Assembly (NCBI RefSeq): GCF_001194135.2
Contig: NC_068983.1
Span: 149,690,771-149,726,565 of the forward strand
Direction of reading: 5' to 3'
Source: Octopus bimaculoides
Lineage: Eukaryota
DNA length: 35,795 bases
In this document: in pieces, positions 34,025-35,795 of the stretch
How the letters are laid out: each line of letters starts with the position of its first letter
Position numbering within the stretch: the stretch's first letter is position 1
Notes under the pieces: generated by a model
What the model was told of the DNA's origin: nothing
Databases searched by the model: none
Seen by the model: only the letters and a program-made list of their open reading frames with translations
Translations under genes and position numbers: made by a program

Positions 34025-34217
34025 CGAGGAGGTGCTAAAAAGTGCCTGGCTTTGGGTAAAAGAAAATATAGGAGGATCAGTTAATTATTTTATTCAACAT
34101 ATTCCTTTCTCAAGGTCCTTCAGGTTTTCTAAGCCATGTAAAAGAAATCGGAAGGTTGGGCTTCCAGCCAAGCCTTTCGCGACACCCTCAAAGCCATGAA
34201 CTTTTCAGCACCCTACG
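34025..34217. mobile_element. mariner-type MITE
   Basis: The ends (ta)cgaggaggtgctaaaaagt and aacttttcagcaccctacg are imperfect inverted repeats of the mariner TACGAGGG...AAAAGT type. Confidence 0.65.
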
Positions 34218-34675
34218 TGTGTGTATCGTGAGTAGTCCACACGTCCGAAAAAGAAGCACATTCTAAAACAGAGTAATAATATACGTATTTAGAAGGTTGT
34301 TTGTTATGGCTGGTCAGAAAGTGACCATTGGTTTCTCACCTATAAAGCACTTAACTATATAGGTGACGCGTCAGACTCCATGGCCAGAGGCACATAACCT
34401 CTCTATCATTTTTGCATATGTGTCTGTGTATGTTCTGGTCAAACTCTTTACTGGGTTCCTAGGTATTGGTGGTGGAAGAACCGAAGTTGGAGAAGTGGTA
34501 GTTATTGTCACGATGGTATGTTATTGACACGTAGGGTATAATAAAATATATTTCTTTTGATGTGGGCTAAAAATTTCACTTCTGCAGTTTAGGTGGATGA
34601 CTGAGTGTTGAGAGTTATTTAATATGGCTCTTTTCTTTGCTAAGTATAATCTGCATTTATATATATACTTAGATA

Positions 34676-34852
34676 TGTAAGGGACGACCGTGCGAACTCA
34701 AAAAAGGAGAAATGGTGACGAATGGAAAAACAGAGGACTCCTTTTATTTAAACGTGTCACAGACCGTGTGACAAGTGTAAATAAAAGGAGTCCTCTGTTT
34801 TTCCATTCGTCACCATTTCTCCTTTTTTGAGTTCGCACTGTCGTTCCTTACA
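34676..34852. mobile_element. 177-bp near-perfect palindromic MITE, TGT...ACA ends, 4-bp TSD GATA
   Basis: 86-bp arms (4 mismatches) around a 5-nt loop GACCG. GATA occurs at 34672-34675 and 34853-34856. Confidence 0.88.
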
Positions 34853-34899
34853 GATATTTGGATAAGATTTGGCCAGAATTGGTCCAGGCCATGACTAAC

Positions 34900-35300
34900 T
34901 TAATAACACCACCTGGAAAAGACATTTTATGATGTTTCATATAACAGTCATTCTTTGGCCAAGTTATTGTTTGTAGAGATATATCTGGGTGTAGATGGTT
35001 TTATCTGGAATTTGTTGGAGAAATTCATCTAGGAACCGTTTGAATGTTATGAGATCTTTTTGCTTCTCTTATATGTCTTAGTATGATGTTAAAGAGAGTA
35101 GGGCCAGTTGAGGTAAAATAGTCTTGTCTTAGTGTTGTGATGTGATGCGTGCATGATTGTTGTAGAGGATAGATGTGACATGGGAATGAAACCTTGGGTG
35201 AATTTTAAAGTTGGTGTTAACATCATTTGGGCAATGCTATTGGAATATTTTCCACATCACATTAATGATATAGTGTTTAATATAGTACTTAGTATTGTCA
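34900..35300 (-). pseudogene. CR1-group LINE ORF2 C-terminal remnant
   Basis: The minus strand reads TLRQDYFTSTGPTLFNII.RHIRE...FKRFLDEFLQQIPDK, matching the GPxLFNxLP...FKxxLDxFL..IPD motif. Confidence 0.6.
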
Positions 35301-35439
35301 ATTAATTAAATTCATAGAAAATCAGAGTGAAACATTTGGTGACAGTGGGACTGTATACTATACTCACCCTAATTGTTGTGTCTATATCAGAAATCATTTA
35401 CATTGACTTATTGATACAAATGTGTTTATTAGACACTGT

Positions 35440-35760
35440 TTTACCCAATATAGAAGTGTATGAATGAAAGAACATGAATGTGGTGGTTTGACCTGCTTGT
35501 GATAGTAAATTTCCACCGAATCATACTCCCACCGTCTTAAAACCAGCCTTGCATGCACAGGGGAAAAGTTCAGATGATCACGACTGCTGATCTATTCAGT
35601 AATGGTTGACCTGGGGTTGAAAAACACTAACAACAACTCTGTCTGCGTGTCTCTGTCCCCTTCTCTTTCTCCCCTACTCTCTCTGTGGTGAGTTAACTTG
35701 GAAATTCCAAGCGACAATGTAAACTTCATTTAATTAAGCAAAGTTGCATAACTTCCTGCT
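35440..35760 (+). mobile_element. Probable SINE-like repeat (third family)
   Basis: The segments gtcaggcctgctagaaatag...cctatcatcttgaaaa and gactgacctggaggctaaacaac at 27035-27210 resemble acctgcttgtgatag...cccaccgtcttaaaa and gttgacctggggttgaaaaacactaacaac here. Confidence 0.45.
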
Positions 35761-35795
35761 CCATCCCTCAGTTTCAATATATATATATATATATA

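Noticed and set aside
33813-34199. 128-aa ORF with IYLS repeats
   Set aside because: It is a translation of the (TCTA)n microsatellite plus a mariner MITE.

Overview
AT-rich eukaryotic (animal) genomic scaffold with N-gaps. The repeat families (RTE-type LINE 3' ends with (GAT)n tails, tRNA-derived SINEs carrying (TA)n/(TG)n, Charlie/mariner MITEs) suggest a coleoid cephalopod such as Octopus; this is inferred, not proven. The window holds one complete protein-coding gene, found by reading splice sites by hand: GEMIN2/SIP1 (SMN-complex snRNP assembly factor). It lies on the + strand in 8 coding exons (875-981, 4329-4419, 7236-7325, 12439-12498, 20929-21060, 24746-24814, 26112-26222, 27911-28003), giving a 753-nt CDS and 250 aa, with all introns GT-AG. 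A possible divergent gene begins at the left edge. Almost all ORFs in the supplied track are spurious or transposon-derived. The introns and downstream region are dominated by mobile elements. Most notable: (1) a 255-bp CpG-rich palindrome with telomeric repeats on both arms, 180 bp upstream of the GEMIN2 ATG; (2) a three-layer nest of Gypsy LTR remnant, LINE ORF1 and hAT MITE in intron 4, where removing the MITE restores the reading frame; (3) two further long fold-back elements; (4) inverted LINE/SINE pairs around symmetric phase-0 exons; (5) candidate poison and cassette exons; (6) a hammerhead-ribozyme-like core; (7) a 19-bp minisatellite with higher-order structure. No prokaryotic system, CRISPR array, rRNA or true tRNA gene is supported, and I did not find a demonstrably new biological system. 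The findings are leads to test.
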